Below are positions 24,637 to 37,214 of a stretch of DNA of 48,904 nt, piece after piece; the stretch's first letter is position 1, and every line of letters starts with the position of its first letter. A program made the position numbers and the translations under genes. This DNA comes from Octopus sinensis (lineage: Eukaryota). Below the pieces are notes generated by a model. It did no database searches. It had not been told where the DNA came from and saw only the letters and a program-made list of their open reading frames with translations. Location of the stretch: NCBI RefSeq assembly GCF_006345805.1, contig NW_021834396.1, positions 1 through 48,904 of the forward strand, read 5' to 3'.

Positions 24637-25964
24637 TTTACAGATATACAAAACGGTAATTAATGATGCAACTGATTTTGATGTCGATGTAAGAAAATAA
24701 CAGTGAATTAATAGAGTCGATATTCCTCAAATCTCTTTTCTTCTGCTAACGTTAGAAATTCTGTTTTAGAAGCTAGCTTCATGAAAACACATAAATATTT
24801 CATCCATAGAAAGAAATCAGAAAATTTAGAGCAGATTGTCGCACGTAACGAAATTTTATTAAGCTTGCTGGCTAATAGAAACATGGTGATCTCTTAATCA
24901 TAGTTTTGCTGTATCAATAGCGGTGGCTTTTGTTTTAACATATGGTTGACAGTGAACATTTGCTACTAACGAAATCTTAAAAGACAGATATATTCATTTA
25001 GCAATTCCGCAAATACCACTAGACTATTTTTGTCTACTGCTGATATATTTTTTTTGTTTTTAACATTGCATCTGTAAGAGATGATATCTCGGAACAAATA
25101 TCGTTTTCAATAACGATTTCAACGATGCATTTGCTGTAAGTACGATATAGTATAGAGATCGCTAGTTTGAACGAATATTGCTTCTTTCGCACAAATCAGT
25201 CATTGACATCAACATCAATTCCTCACTGTGAGGTGTTTAATATATTGAACCAGTAACAGAATGCGTGGCGGGATTTGAACTCAAAGCGAAGGACTCAAAT
25301 TATGTACCTCAAGGCATTTTTGTTCTTCGTTATGATATTTCTTATAATCTATAAGCATGATTAGACCGAATAATCATGTCGGACTGTCGCTCAATACATG
25401 AAATATGGAAAAGGGCAAAACTCGATCATGTCGACTTCGGCATGGTTTGAACTCAGATTGTAAACTGACGAAGATTTGTACAATAATATCAAGTAGATAA
25501 AAGATGCAAGCTCTGCAAATTGAGATTATCTTAGAGGTTGGTGACAAAATATCTGCAAAACACAAAATACATTATATTTAGTCGCTTCCTGTTATTGACT
25601 GAATTCAAATCCTGTCTACGTAAACTTGGAAATGGCGGAATTCCGCTTTAAGCACCGCACATAACTCTTCATAGCTTTGTTTCCTTATTTTCGAATTTTC
25701 TGGAAAATTTTGCGCATTTGTGTTCTACACTCGGTAATTCACATAACTATGAAATTTGTTTTTATTTTCCGAATTTTTTTCGATTTTGTTTTGTTTGTTT
25801 GTTTTTTTTTTGTTTTTCAATCAAAGTTTAAAATCCTGCATTCATTAAGTTCCTCATTCCCGTAAATGTTCATATTTGAATCATTGACAAAAATCATATC
25901 TATTGATATATCGATAAACATACTCATTATCATACATTATTATTGTAGTTATGTATCGACAATT

Positions 25965-26425
25965 ACAAAAAGGCGTTTTATTCCCGATATACACTTTAAA
26001 TAGGGACATACGCCAATATTTAAAAAAATATATATATTAATATCACCGGAAAAATGCATTCTTATCAACATGCATTATCATAAACGTTATTCATATTCCA
26101 ATGCAAAAAAGCATTTTCTTTTGATATCTATTTTCATTTGGGTTATACGCCAATGTTTAAAAAAATCACCATACATATCAATACCAACGGAAAGATTCCT
26201 TATAAACATGCATTATTATAAGCATTATTGATTCTCCTATGCAAAAGGCCAATTTCCTTTGATATCCACTTTATCAAGGGATATACTCCAATGTTAAAAA
26301 AAGAAGATTATTATATATCTTAATCTCACCTGAAAATTTCCTTATTAACTCGCATTATCATAAACATTCTTCATTCTCAAGTGCGTGTAGCCACCGTCTT
26401 TTCATATCCACATTAATCAGGGATC
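25965..26425. repeat. degenerate tandem repeat, period ~138 bp, ~3.3 copies
   Basis: Recurring anchors 'atac(g/t)ccaat' near 26009, 26146 and 26283, plus 'gcattat(c/t)ataa' and 'tttgatatc' in each unit. Confidence 0.7.
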
Positions 26426-26979
26426 TGTGAGGTTTCCTTCACTTTCAAGATTGTAGGAACTAACTTCACCGAACTTTCCTTCATACCTTTTCTATACAAA
26501 TCGAACGACATAACATTCGGTCTGTCACTAGTTGCTTTTTTTTAATGTTTTAGTCACTCCAATGTCTTTCATTCGCCAATACATTATTTATTTATATATT
26601 TATTATCATACAAACCGTTTACTATCAATGGTTGTTCCTACAAATACCGGTTAGTCTTTCATCTTTAACTTACTTATTTACAAGCAAATATACCCAATTT
26701 CTCACCTATCTCTTGTACGACATTCGTTTTCGCAGTCTCTTTCATTGGGGAAACATTATCGTTTATTTATATTACTTTTAGCCTGCAAAATATTTAGTAT
26801 CAACCGCTTTCATTCGTTATTCATACTGGTTATCTTTTGATCTCTATGTTATCTAGTAGGTCATCTGTTTACATATTCCGTCAATTCTGTACATCTGTGT
26901 AGGTATATGATCTTATACATACACACGCACACACATACACACACACACACACATATATATATACATATATATACATATA

Positions 26980-27038
<59 letters not shown>

Positions 27039-27876
27039 GCATATATATGTATGCACATACACACATATCTATATCTATATATATATATATAATATATATA
27101 TATATATACCCACAGACACATCTATATATATCTAGACACACACACACACACACATATATACATAGAGATATTTTTGAAAGGTCTGATTGGATTTATTTAC
27201 TATCATTTTTATCGTTTTTTGTATGATTTTTTTCTTCGGCTGGTTGCAATACATAACACGGTTTCTTTTTGGTGTTTATGGTGAAAAAAAAAGTATCGAT
27301 GGATTTGTTTGTCTGTAATCTTGTTTCGTATTTTTGTACATTTATTGGTTACTTGGTTTTTATTTTTTATTATAATATATATATTTTTTTTTGCTTTCTG
27401 TTTTCGAAAATGTTGTTGTTGTTGTTGTTTTTAAATGTTCCGTTATTCTCACATTTGTTTGTGAACTTACAGCGAGTGAACGTTTGCTTACCACGTAGGT
27501 GTGTGATTACATATGAATAAAATTTCATCACTATTCCTCTACCTCGTTCCCTTCCTTCCCGCTGCTCTTTCCTCTGCAGCATCAACATCATCATTGTCAC
27601 CATCATCATCACCATCATAGTCATCACCATCATCATTATCATCATCACCATCGTCATCATCATCATCGTCATCATCAGTAAAGGCATTAGCATTATAATA
27701 GCCGTCCTCATCGTCGTCACCACCTACATCGTCATCACTATCAAAATCCACTTCCTCCTCCTCCTCATCATCATCGTTATCATTCCCCCCACCTCTTCTC
27801 TTTTTCTCCCGTTTTTCCTTTACGTCTTCCTCTTCCGAGATTGAATTTTTTTGTCATTAATTTAGGGTAGATTAAA

Positions 27877-28085
27877 GCGGCGAGTTGGCAGAATCGTTAG
27901 CACAGCGGGCGATATGCTTAGCGGTATTTCGTCCCGTCGCTATGTTCTGAGCTCAAATTCCACCGAGGTCAACTTCGCCGTTCATCCTTTCGGGGTAAAT
28001 AAATAAACTACCAGATGCGTAATGGGGTCGATCTAATCGACTGGACCTCTCCCCAAAAATTTCGGGCCTTCTGCCTAGAGTAGAA
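27877..28085 (+). mobile_element. Deu/Nin-domain SINE
   Basis: 'gcggcgagttggcagaatcgttagc...gagctcaaattcc...catcctttcggggt'. Confidence 0.85.
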
Positions 28086-28445
28086 AATGCTGCTTGGGAA
28101 AAGTTTGCTTCTCTTGTAAAAGATATTTTGGGAAATGAAAAATCATGTAACTATGCTGCGATTGTGAATGACTTTTTGAAAACTTATAACTTAGGGCAAG
28201 AATATCTCTGTAAAATAATTTTGTCCACTCTCATTTTTCCTTTTTTTCCACCCAATATGGGCGATGTAAGCGATGGGCATGGTGAATGATTTCATCAAAA
28301 AATCAAAGAGCAATAGAAAGCCGCTACAGTGGCAGACTTACACCAAAACAAGCTGACAGACTACTGCTGGTTTTTAAAACGAGAAACGGACAAGCAACAT
28401 AAGCGTAAAAGAGGACGCCGAAGCTATTTTTTGAAAGACATAAAA
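28082..28445 (+). pseudogene. DNA-transposase C-terminal relic, probably Chapaev3-like (CMC superfamily)
   Basis: Manual translation 'AAWEKFASLVKDILGNEKSCNYAAIVNDFLKTY...FFPPNMGDVSDGHGE*FHQKI...LTDYCWFLKR' matches the motif series FLGN.K..NY / FFP.NLG.VSDEHGERFHQDI / ADYCW.LKR. The family name is from memory. Confidence 0.7.
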
Positions 28446-28534
28446 TTAATAATATTCACCTTACACATTTTCTTTTGTGTTATATTGGTTTCAGAGCTAC
28501 TTGTCCACTTAGCTTTTATTGGTCTTATACCAAA

Positions 28535-28947
28535 CTAGCAGCATAGCCCGGCGTTGCCCGGGTATGTAAGAGCCCCTAGTAGGCAACGACTAATCCCAAT
28601 CTAGTTCTTTCCCTCTAGGGAACGAAGGCGCATGTGTAGGTTGCAATGTCTTCTCTTCACACGAATACTTCTATGTATACGATGTTCCTAGCTGTCTCCC
28701 GACAGAAAATGTGTTGCATATAAAAAGCTTAGATTCTCGACCACATGTCGAATTTATCATTTTTTTTCAGAACTGGGGGAACTTTTCATAATTTTCGCTG
28801 CGTTAGTTTTGAATTATGACATTGGGCTATGTGCGTGTCAAGTTTCATCAGAATCGGTTGAAAGCCGTGGTCAGGGTGAGGGTAAAACCTGACAGCCACA
28901 CAGACACACAGACAGACAAACTGCCGTTTATATATAAAGAGAAGAGA
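28535..28947 (-). mobile_element. non-autonomous Helitron, second copy with a different internal segment
   Basis: Minus strand starts TC ('tctcttctctttatatataaacggcag') and ends with hairpin 'cccgggcaacgccggg' plus CTAG, in an A|T target. Confidence 0.85.
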
Positions 28948-29565
28948 TAACAGTAATTTACGCTTGATGTAACATTCATTTTATTTGTCATGAATTTTCA
29001 CATTATTGTAATTTTGATACCAGTATAGTAATGATAGCGCAAAAACCTTACATGCTAGAGCAAAAATGATTGCCGATTCGGAATCAGTGCTCTCAAATTA
29101 CCTATGGGTACCATTTTGTGTAATAGAAGCAGAAATTTTGTTGCCTAGTGTAATCCATTTATTTGTGTAATGTCTCAAGTCTTCAACACGTAAAGATTTA
29201 CCAATATAACTTGAACGGAGACGTATTAGAAATTTAAGACATACAAAAGAAATGCTATATTTTCAATTTTCGTTTATTTCCTGAAATGTCAAATTCTCGT
29301 CCTTGTTGCTAACAGAATTTCACTCATTCTGATGAGAATACGTTACTGGGGAGATTTTGCAAGCCTCGAGGATTATTCTTCAGTATTCTCGTTTCTATAA
29401 CGTTTCTATATTTTGTCGTTCTTTTCTTGATTTTCTTCTCAAATTGAAGCAAAATAATAACTCATTCAAACCACAGGACTGAGGAGACACAGAGAAAGAA
29501 AAAGTGAACAGAAATTGATAGAATTTTTACTCCCTCACACACACACACATACACACACACACACA

Positions 29566-29600
<35 letters not shown>

Positions 29601-29608
29601 ATATATAT

Positions 29609-29644
<36 letters not shown>

Positions 29645-30461
29645 ATATATATATATATATGTATATGTATATGTATATATATATATGTATATGTATATAT
29701 ATATATACAGTTATATAACGACTCGATTGTATGTGGTTTTCAGGAGATATGATAGAAATTTGTAAATGACGAAAAGTTTTGACAGCTCAAGGAATAGACG
29801 AAGAGTAAAATAAATGATTTTCTGTGTTCTTAAATAGGTAAAATGGCTATTCATTGATGTAAATGCTTCGGGTAGAAAACATAGTCTCTCATGTAGTCAC
29901 TAGCCAGACAATTAGCTTTTAGAAATATAGATGAGGAGGAAAAAGAATAAACGAAAGACGGCATAGGAAATTGAAGACATGCAGCAAGCAACCAATAAGA
30001 ACTTACTAGCAAACTTATTTAATAGATAGCAATAGAACAGCATTTGCTAAGGTTGCAAGATATAAGCCGACCATCTATGCTACTTAAAAAATAGACAATA
30101 ATACAATGATACATCGAAAGAGGATATACCAGTGGATGTGTATGCGTATGAGTCTGTGTGTGTTTGTGTGTGTGTGAGAGAGAGAGAGTGTGTGTGTGTG
30201 TGTGTACTAATTTTCGCTTTACTTAATACGACGAACTTAACACCTGTTACAATAACTGAAGTTCCATAAAAGAATCACTTACTTCGCTAAAGCAACACTT
30301 GTCTATCATCATTGTTCAACATGTATCTATAAGAGATTTATAAGCATAATATATTGCAGTTTTGTTTCGAATACACACGCACACGCACACACACATACAC
30401 ACACACAAACACACAGAGAGACATATGCACATGCACGCACACATACACACACACACACAAA

Positions 30462-30540
<79 letters not shown>

Positions 30541-30694
30541 ATATATATAACGGGAGAGAGAGAAGAACGTGTATAGATTAACGATTACAGATAATGAATC
30601 TTACAAACCAGATACGCAAATGAAATCGAACTTACAACCTCATTTTAGCGAGCGCGTCTCTCTTACGGTTGAGTCATGAGCCTTCACACGCACG

Positions 30695-30725
<31 letters not shown>

Positions 30726-32170
30726 ACACACATACACACACACATACACACACACACGCTAAGTTAAGGGGGTGTAACACACCAAAACCGGTTGTCAAGA
30801 GGTGCTGGCGGACAGACAGGCAATCACACACTCACGCACACACAAACACACACACACATATTTACACATGCATATGTATATATATATATATTTATATATA
30901 TATATAATATATATATGGATGGATGTATATGTATGTGTATATATATATTGTCCGAAGTGTACAGTATTATATATCCATCACGGATGACCTTACCGATCGC
31001 TTTCGCGCTAGAGATACAACGGAGTGTTAGGTAACAATCCGTTTATATAATCCTACGCTCATCAAAGATAACCGCTATTGGCAGATGTACGAGTGTATCT
31101 TTTTCCTCAATTATGAAATTTTAGACGACTTACGATAATTATATATATATATATATATAATATGCGGATATTTTCTCCATACCAAAATGCAGTGATTTGC
31201 TTTCGCACGTATATTTGTATATCTCAAGCGTATTTGAACTTGTAACAAGTTTATATTCTTATAGATACGTAGATATTCACACGCACGCACACATGTATAT
31301 ATATACTTATATGTATATCTAAGTATGTATATATTTGTACGTATGCACATGCGTATGCAGTTATAGACGTAAATTCATAAATGGATAAAAACAAAATCTA
31401 TCTTCTAGGATATATATATCTATTATGACTTTGTCAATAATTTAGACTAGAGTTAAAGTCTGTCATGCTTTTCAGTGAAGAAAATGGTATTTATATTTAC
31501 TCATATGGTATTTCTATGTGTCTGGTCTAGTATGAATCTTGTAGGAAAATACGAAACGAGGCATATATATTTTTTCTTTCTTGAAAATGAAGACAAGAAA
31601 TTGCGGATAATGCTTATAAATCCTCGTGTATGAATAACTGTGAACGACTAGTCATAAACTGTTCGAATTTTTTTGGGCAAAGGGTCGATAAGTACTTCAT
31701 TTATATGTTCTAATGCATACAAAGGAAGTTTTAAAAGATATTCAATTCTATTACCCCGATTACATACTATGGTTTCACGTAGTGTATTTTAATATCTATT
31801 TTCATATATTTTAATAGATATTTAGATATATATTTTCAAACGTTATTCTTCAAATATCTACCAGAGTGTGTACACGTACACACGCACGCACACAAACACA
31901 CACATACGCACACAGTGAAATACACATATATACATACATGTACGTATATATGTTTTCATATAAACATATGCAAAATATAAAAATGCATGTATATGCGTGT
32001 GTATATCTGTGTGTTTGCGTGCGTATACACATTCATATACTTATGTATACGCATATGTATATATATATGTGTGTGTGTGTGTTTATGTGTGTGTGTATGT
32101 GTTTGTGTATATACACGATAACGATTTATAGATAGACTCTTACACACACACATATATATATATGGGTGTG

Positions 32171-32201
<31 letters not shown>

Positions 32202-32248
32202 AGATACATAGATAGATAGATAGATAGGTAGATAGGTAGATAGGTAGG

Positions 32249-32337
<89 letters not shown>

Positions 32338-32739
32338 TGATAGATGTGCGTGTGTTTGAGTATGTAACATTTTTCTAATTGTTTTCTCATCTGGTATTAT
32401 ATGTAATGAACTTGTATTGTAATGTAATGTATTACACACATTTTTTATAATACTTTCGTTTCTAATTTTAACTCTTCTCTTATTTTTAACTTTCTCCTTT
32501 ACGTGTCGGTAATGTGTTTTTTTTCTTTCTAATTCACTTATTTGCATTGCTTTCTTGAGAAGTCACATCTATTTTTTGCTACTTTGCTCCACGATGTTTC
32601 TTTTCAATTCTTCTGGCTACTTCGTTTTTCCAATCTTTTTGTGTCTTTTATTTTTTTTTTTCTTTCACTTAACATTTTGGCAATTTTCAGTATTTACTCC
32701 GTGTTGTAAATAAAACAATTTTAACCCTGATTTTAATCT

Positions 32740-32864
32740 TTTTTTCTTTTTTTTTTTCTTTTATATTTCATAGGTAAGTAACAAAGTGAACCATACAATA
32801 TTTCGCTGACTCCTTCGGTCTTCGCCATCTGTTGTTCGCCTGTCTATTTTTTCCCTAGGTATGT
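32740..32864 (+). promoter_or_regulatory. two juxtaposed 3'SS/5'SS (AG|GT) sites enclosing an 85-nt intron-like unit
   Basis: '(t/c)-rich tract...atatttcatAG|GTAAGT' (32773/32774) and 'gctgac...ttttttccctAG|GTATGT' (32858/32859). Confidence 0.45.
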
Positions 32865-32912
32865 AAACATTGATAACCCTCAATATCATTTCATTATAAT
32901 GTATTGTCTCAA

Positions 32913-33690
32913 GGCGGCGAGCTAGCAGATACGTTAGCACGCCGGGCGAAATGCGTAGCCGTATTTTGTCTGCCGTTACGCTGTGAGTTCAAATTCCGTC
33001 GAGGTCGACTTTGCCTTTCATCCTTTCGGGGTCGATAAATTAAGTACCAGTTATGCACTGTCGTCGATATAATCGATTTGTCTGTCCTTGTTTGTCCCGT
33101 CCACGTGTAGCCCCTTATGGGTAGTAAAGAAACAAGAAACGTTAGCACGCCGGGCGAAATGCGTAGCCGTATTTTATCTGCCGTTACGTTGTGAGTTCAA
33201 ATTCCGCCGAGGTCGACTTTGCCTCTCATCCTTTCGGGGTCGATTAAATAAGTACCAGTTACGCACTGGGGGTCGATATAATCGACTTAATTCGTTTGTC
33301 TGTCCTTGTTTGTCCTCTCTGTGTTTAGCCCCTTGTGGGTAATAAAGAAATAAGTATCTCCTCTGCCTCTACGTTCTGAGTTCAAATTTCGCCGAAGTCG
33401 ACTTTGCTTTCGGGGTCGATAAATTAAGTACCAGCTACGTACTGCGGTCAATCTAATCGACTGCTCGCCCTCCACCAAAATATCTGGCCTTTAACCTAGA
33501 ATAGAAAGGAATGGTTAGCACGCTGGACGAAATTCTTAGCGGTATTTCGCCTGTCACTAAGTTCTGATTTCAAGTTCCGCAGAGATCAGCTTTGCCTTTC
33601 ATCCTTTCGGGGTCGATAAGTTAAGTACCTGTTCAGTACCGGGGTTGATGTAATTAACTATCCACGTCCCCCAAATTTCAGACCTTGTGC
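32913..33690 (+). mobile_element. tandem cluster of about four Deu/Nin-domain SINE units
   Basis: Repeated 'gagttcaaattcc...gtcgactttgcc...cggggtcgat' at ~32985, 33195, 33380 and 33570. Confidence 0.88.
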
Positions 33691-33702
33691 CTTTACATTA
33701 GT

Positions 33703-33961
33703 TACATTTGACGGATATTTGTCCTTATCTTGTTTGTTGTTAACACAACGTTTCGGCTGATATACCCTCCGGCCTTCATTAGGTCTCTTGTGGAAATTTC
33801 GAACCTGGGTTCTCATTCCTAAGGTACTTTTCGATGTTAATATTATAATAAGAATAACATCGAAAATTACCTTAGGAATGAGAACAAAGGTTCGAAGGGT
33901 ATATCAGCCGAAACGTGGTGTTAACAACAAACAAGATGAGAACAAATATCCGTCAAATGTA
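33703..33961. mobile_element. imperfect fold-back of a Penelope-like terminal repeat with a degenerate hammerhead
   Basis: Left arm 'acatttgacggatatttg...cgtttcggctgatataccc' pairs with right arm 'gggtatatcagccgaaacg...caaatatccgtcaaatgt'. Minus strand of the left arm reads 'CTAATGA-A-GGC...GCC-GAAAC-GTT'; the right arm has lost the core segment. Confidence 0.7.
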
Positions 33962-33989
33962 AATAATGTAAATCACGTGATCACGTGAC

Positions 33990-34280
33990 TGACCAGACCA
34001 TCAGATGTTGCTACACATCGCTGGTCACAATTCGTTCGCATTGTTTTAGCCTTCGAATGACGCCGCCCCGCTGGCTAAGCGAGCAGGCCAACAGAAGAAA
34101 GAGTGAGAGAAAGAGTGGTGAAAGAGTACAGCAGGGATCACCACCCCCTGCCGGAGCCTCGTGGAGCTTTCAGGTGCTTTCGCTCAATAAACACACACAA
34201 CGCCCGGTCTGGGAATCGAAACCGCGATCCAACGACCGCGAGTCCGCTACCCTAACCACTGGGCCATTGCGCCTCCACAA
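33990..34280 (-). mobile_element. tRNA-derived SINE (family of 24350-24636)
   Basis: Minus strand: 'ggaggcgcaatggcccagtggttagggtagcggactcgcgg...ggtttcgattcccagaccgggcg'. Confidence 0.85.
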
Positions 34281-34499
34281 ATAATATAAATAGTATACAT
34301 AATTCCTCGTCTCTTAAATAATAGAAGTGCTTGTGCCTTTAGCAGAACAGAATGTTTTCAACTGAAAGAATCCACTAGACAAGATAGGTAGGAAAGACTT
34401 AGCGGCCTTTTTTGTCTGGCTTTATAAGTTCTGAGCTTTTAATTCCGTCCAATTCGACTGTGACTCTCAATCTTTACGAGTCGAAAAAACAAGGTAACA

Positions 34500-34732
34500 G
34501 TCAACTACTACTACTAGTGTTACCTCCACCACCACCACTACTACAACTGCTGCTACTAATGCTGCTGCTACTACTAATACTACTAATACTACTAACACTA
34601 CCACTACTACCACCACAATCACCGACATTACTACTACAACTACTACTACAACTACTGCTACAACGACTACTACTACCACTAACCACTACTACTACCACGA
34701 ACACTACTTCTACTACTGCTACTACTGCTGCC

Positions 34733-34772
<40 letters not shown>

Positions 34773-35020
34773 TTGCTGCTGCTGCAACTACTACTACTAT
34801 TGCTGCTGCTACTACTACTACTACTACTGCTACAACGACTACTACTACCACTAACCACTACTACTACCACGAACACTATTTCTACTACTGCTACTACTGC
34901 TGCTACTAATACTGCTACTATTACTACTACTACTATTGCTGCTGCTGCTACTACTATTACTATTGCTGCTGCTACTACTACTACTGCTACTACTACTACT
35001 ACTACTACTGATGCTACTAC
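34500..35020. repeat. (CTA/CTG/CCA)n trinucleotide array with ~170-bp higher-order duplication
   Basis: 'acaacgactactactaccactaaccactactactaccacgaacactac/t' occurs at ~34660 and ~34830. Confidence 0.85.
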
Positions 35021-35630
35021 ATCAAATATTTGTAATAGAAGTAGTAGTATTCCTAGTTCATTCGTCACTGAATATATCTTTAGCACGTACAGATTATGGC
35101 TGGAGAGATGAGGTGCGATCCACCGATCTATCATTGGTGAGGCGATCGATTTTAGTTTTTTTTTTTTGACATCTAATCAAGTGTCTGGTAACGACTTCTT
35201 TTCGAGTCGGAGCATTAGTTGTGTTCTGTAGTTTTATTAGATCTGTTGTATTTATGTAACAGGATGTAGAAGAGCTTAATTGTGATATATTTTCCGCCAT
35301 TTAGGGTAATAAATATTGTTTAAGTGTTATTTGATTCTACATTTTCGCTAGTAATTGGTTTTTACGTAGTTACCAACGTACGGTGACGTAGAAAGAGAAA
35401 GAGAGAGACAGAGAAAAAGATAATTCCCGCGATAGCTGTTGCTAACTGCAACTTTCAGATGTATAGGAAAGAAAATGCAAATCACTTCTGTGTTTAAGAA
35501 CGACTACCCGAAAAGCAGTAGTAACAGAAACGAATATAAACGGTTGTGGTGATAGTATCGTTTACACTAAAATGAAGGAGGTTTTAGGAATGAATTTGAT
35601 TATAGCAATTTAAATACGTATTCCAAATAC

Positions 35631-35704
35631 CTGCAATAACCATGGGAGATAATATGATTGTGTAATCTGTTTGAAATTACGGCGAGATCCTAACCCTTTC
35701 AAAT
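35631..35704 (-). CDS. candidate 74-bp coding exon (phase 1 in, phase 0 out)
   Basis: Acceptor 'gaattcatttcAG', donor 'CAG|GTATTT'; only one of three frames is open: DLKGLGSRRNFKQITQSYYLPWLLQ. Confidence 0.35.
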
Positions 35705-35842
35705 CTGAAATGAATTCACTGGATCTTATGGCCGCTGGAAGCTTTAAGCGGATGGATAGTTTAGGGCCTTTGAGCATGGAGCAGTTTAATCGGGGTTGAC
35801 CCGAGGGTAGCAAAGAACAAGGCGAGGGTAGCCAAAAACAAA

Positions 35843-36240
35843 GGTGGCGAGCTGGCAGAAACGTTAGCACGCCGGGCGAAATACTTAGCGGTATTTCGAG
35901 TTCAAATTCCGCTGAAGTCGACTTTGCCTTTCATCCTTTCGGGGTCGATTAAGTAAGTACCAGTTACGCACTGGGGTCGATATAATCGACTTAATCCGTT
36001 TCTCTGTCCTTGATTGTCCCTTCTGTGTTTAGCTCCTTGTGAGTAGTAAAGAAATAGGTATTTCGTCTGCTGTTACGTTCTGAGTTCAAATTCCGCCGAA
36101 GTCGACTTTGCCTTTCATCCTTTCGGGGTCGATAAATTAAGTACCAGTTACGCACTGGGGTCGATATAATCGACTTAATCCCTTTGTCTGTCCTTTTTTG
36201 TCCCCTCTATGTTTAGCCCCTTGTGGGCAATAAACAAATA
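35843..36240 (+). mobile_element. tandem dimer of Deu/Nin-domain SINE
   Basis: Head at 35843; second unit restarts at 'aaagaaata|ggtatttcg' (~36058). Confidence 0.88.
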
Positions 36241-36642
36241 AGAACAAGGGGAGGAGAAATAACACTAATAAATACCAGAGCAATAGCAGAGTGTGGAAAA
36301 GCGTGGCCTAGCGGTTGATGAGTTGTGCTTTGGGGCAAAGCATTTCATTTCCCATTACTCTAGAACGCTCAGCTGTAATTGAGTAACGCTCAGCTGTGAT
36401 GAGCTGGCTTCTTATTGAGGGGGGAAATTATTATCTGGGTCATTTATTCGTCATGGACCCCGAGTAACCGACCTTATGAGAACAAGGGCTCGAGACAATA
36501 ACGTCCAGAGGACTTGCTTTTTCAATAGCAGTGATGGTAGGATATGATTTTGTCCGGCGTACTAACGATTCTTACATGTTTCTGCCTTAATGAATAATAA
36601 TAATAATAATAATAAATAATAATAATAATAATAATAATAATA

Positions 36643-37180
36643 AGGCAGTGGCTCTCATGGCTTCTGATCTTAACTGATTGCAAGTGTTATCATGTACATT
36701 GTTTTGTCTTGGTATAAAAGATGGGCTACAGCAAATATTCTGCTCAATACCACAGATTTGCTTGTCAGTTGTTTGACCTTAACCAGTTGAGCATTTCCCT
36801 TAGTGGCTAACGATATGTGCATCTCTGATCACAAGCAGAAGTAGTGGGGGAGCATCATAGCCATGTGTTGAGAGGTATTCTTTGGGGTTTGAATAATTCA
36901 TCTCTGGAAACATGGGTGGTTCTTTCAACATCCTTAAACAATCCTTATTCAGGGACCTTTTGAGCGGGATGGGCTACTCAACCTGAAGAAAATTCTAACT
37001 GGGCCCCACCCGCAAGGTCATGTGCTGTTTATCTTGATATGAGATCACCATGTCGCGCACATATGGTTGTGATGCATGTGCCTGGTGTACCTTTATCAGA
37101 CGGGTAGTCATGATGGGTATATTGGGCTTCGTATATTTTACCCCAGTGTCACTTTGATGGCATGAACTGCTCTCTCACTC
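36643..37180 (+). mobile_element. unclassified ~538-bp non-coding interspersed element flanked by (AAT)n
   Basis: High-identity inverted copy at 37863-38394 with the same boundaries; (AAT)n on both sides. Confidence 0.85.

Positions 37181-37214
<34 letters not shown>

Noticed and set aside
27370-27790. Poly-D/M acidic ORFs (also 37586-37868)
   Set aside because: These are (GAT/CAT)n simple repeats with no supporting context.
32400-32660. Purine-rich minus-strand ORF 'MQISELERKK...'
   Set aside because: It is interrupted by stops upstream, runs into microsatellite and has no recognisable motif; probably a compositional artefact.
34412-35169. Poly-T/L/V/S ORFs that look mucin-like
   Set aside because: The trinucleotide array is open in several frames on both strands, with no splice or unique-sequence support.
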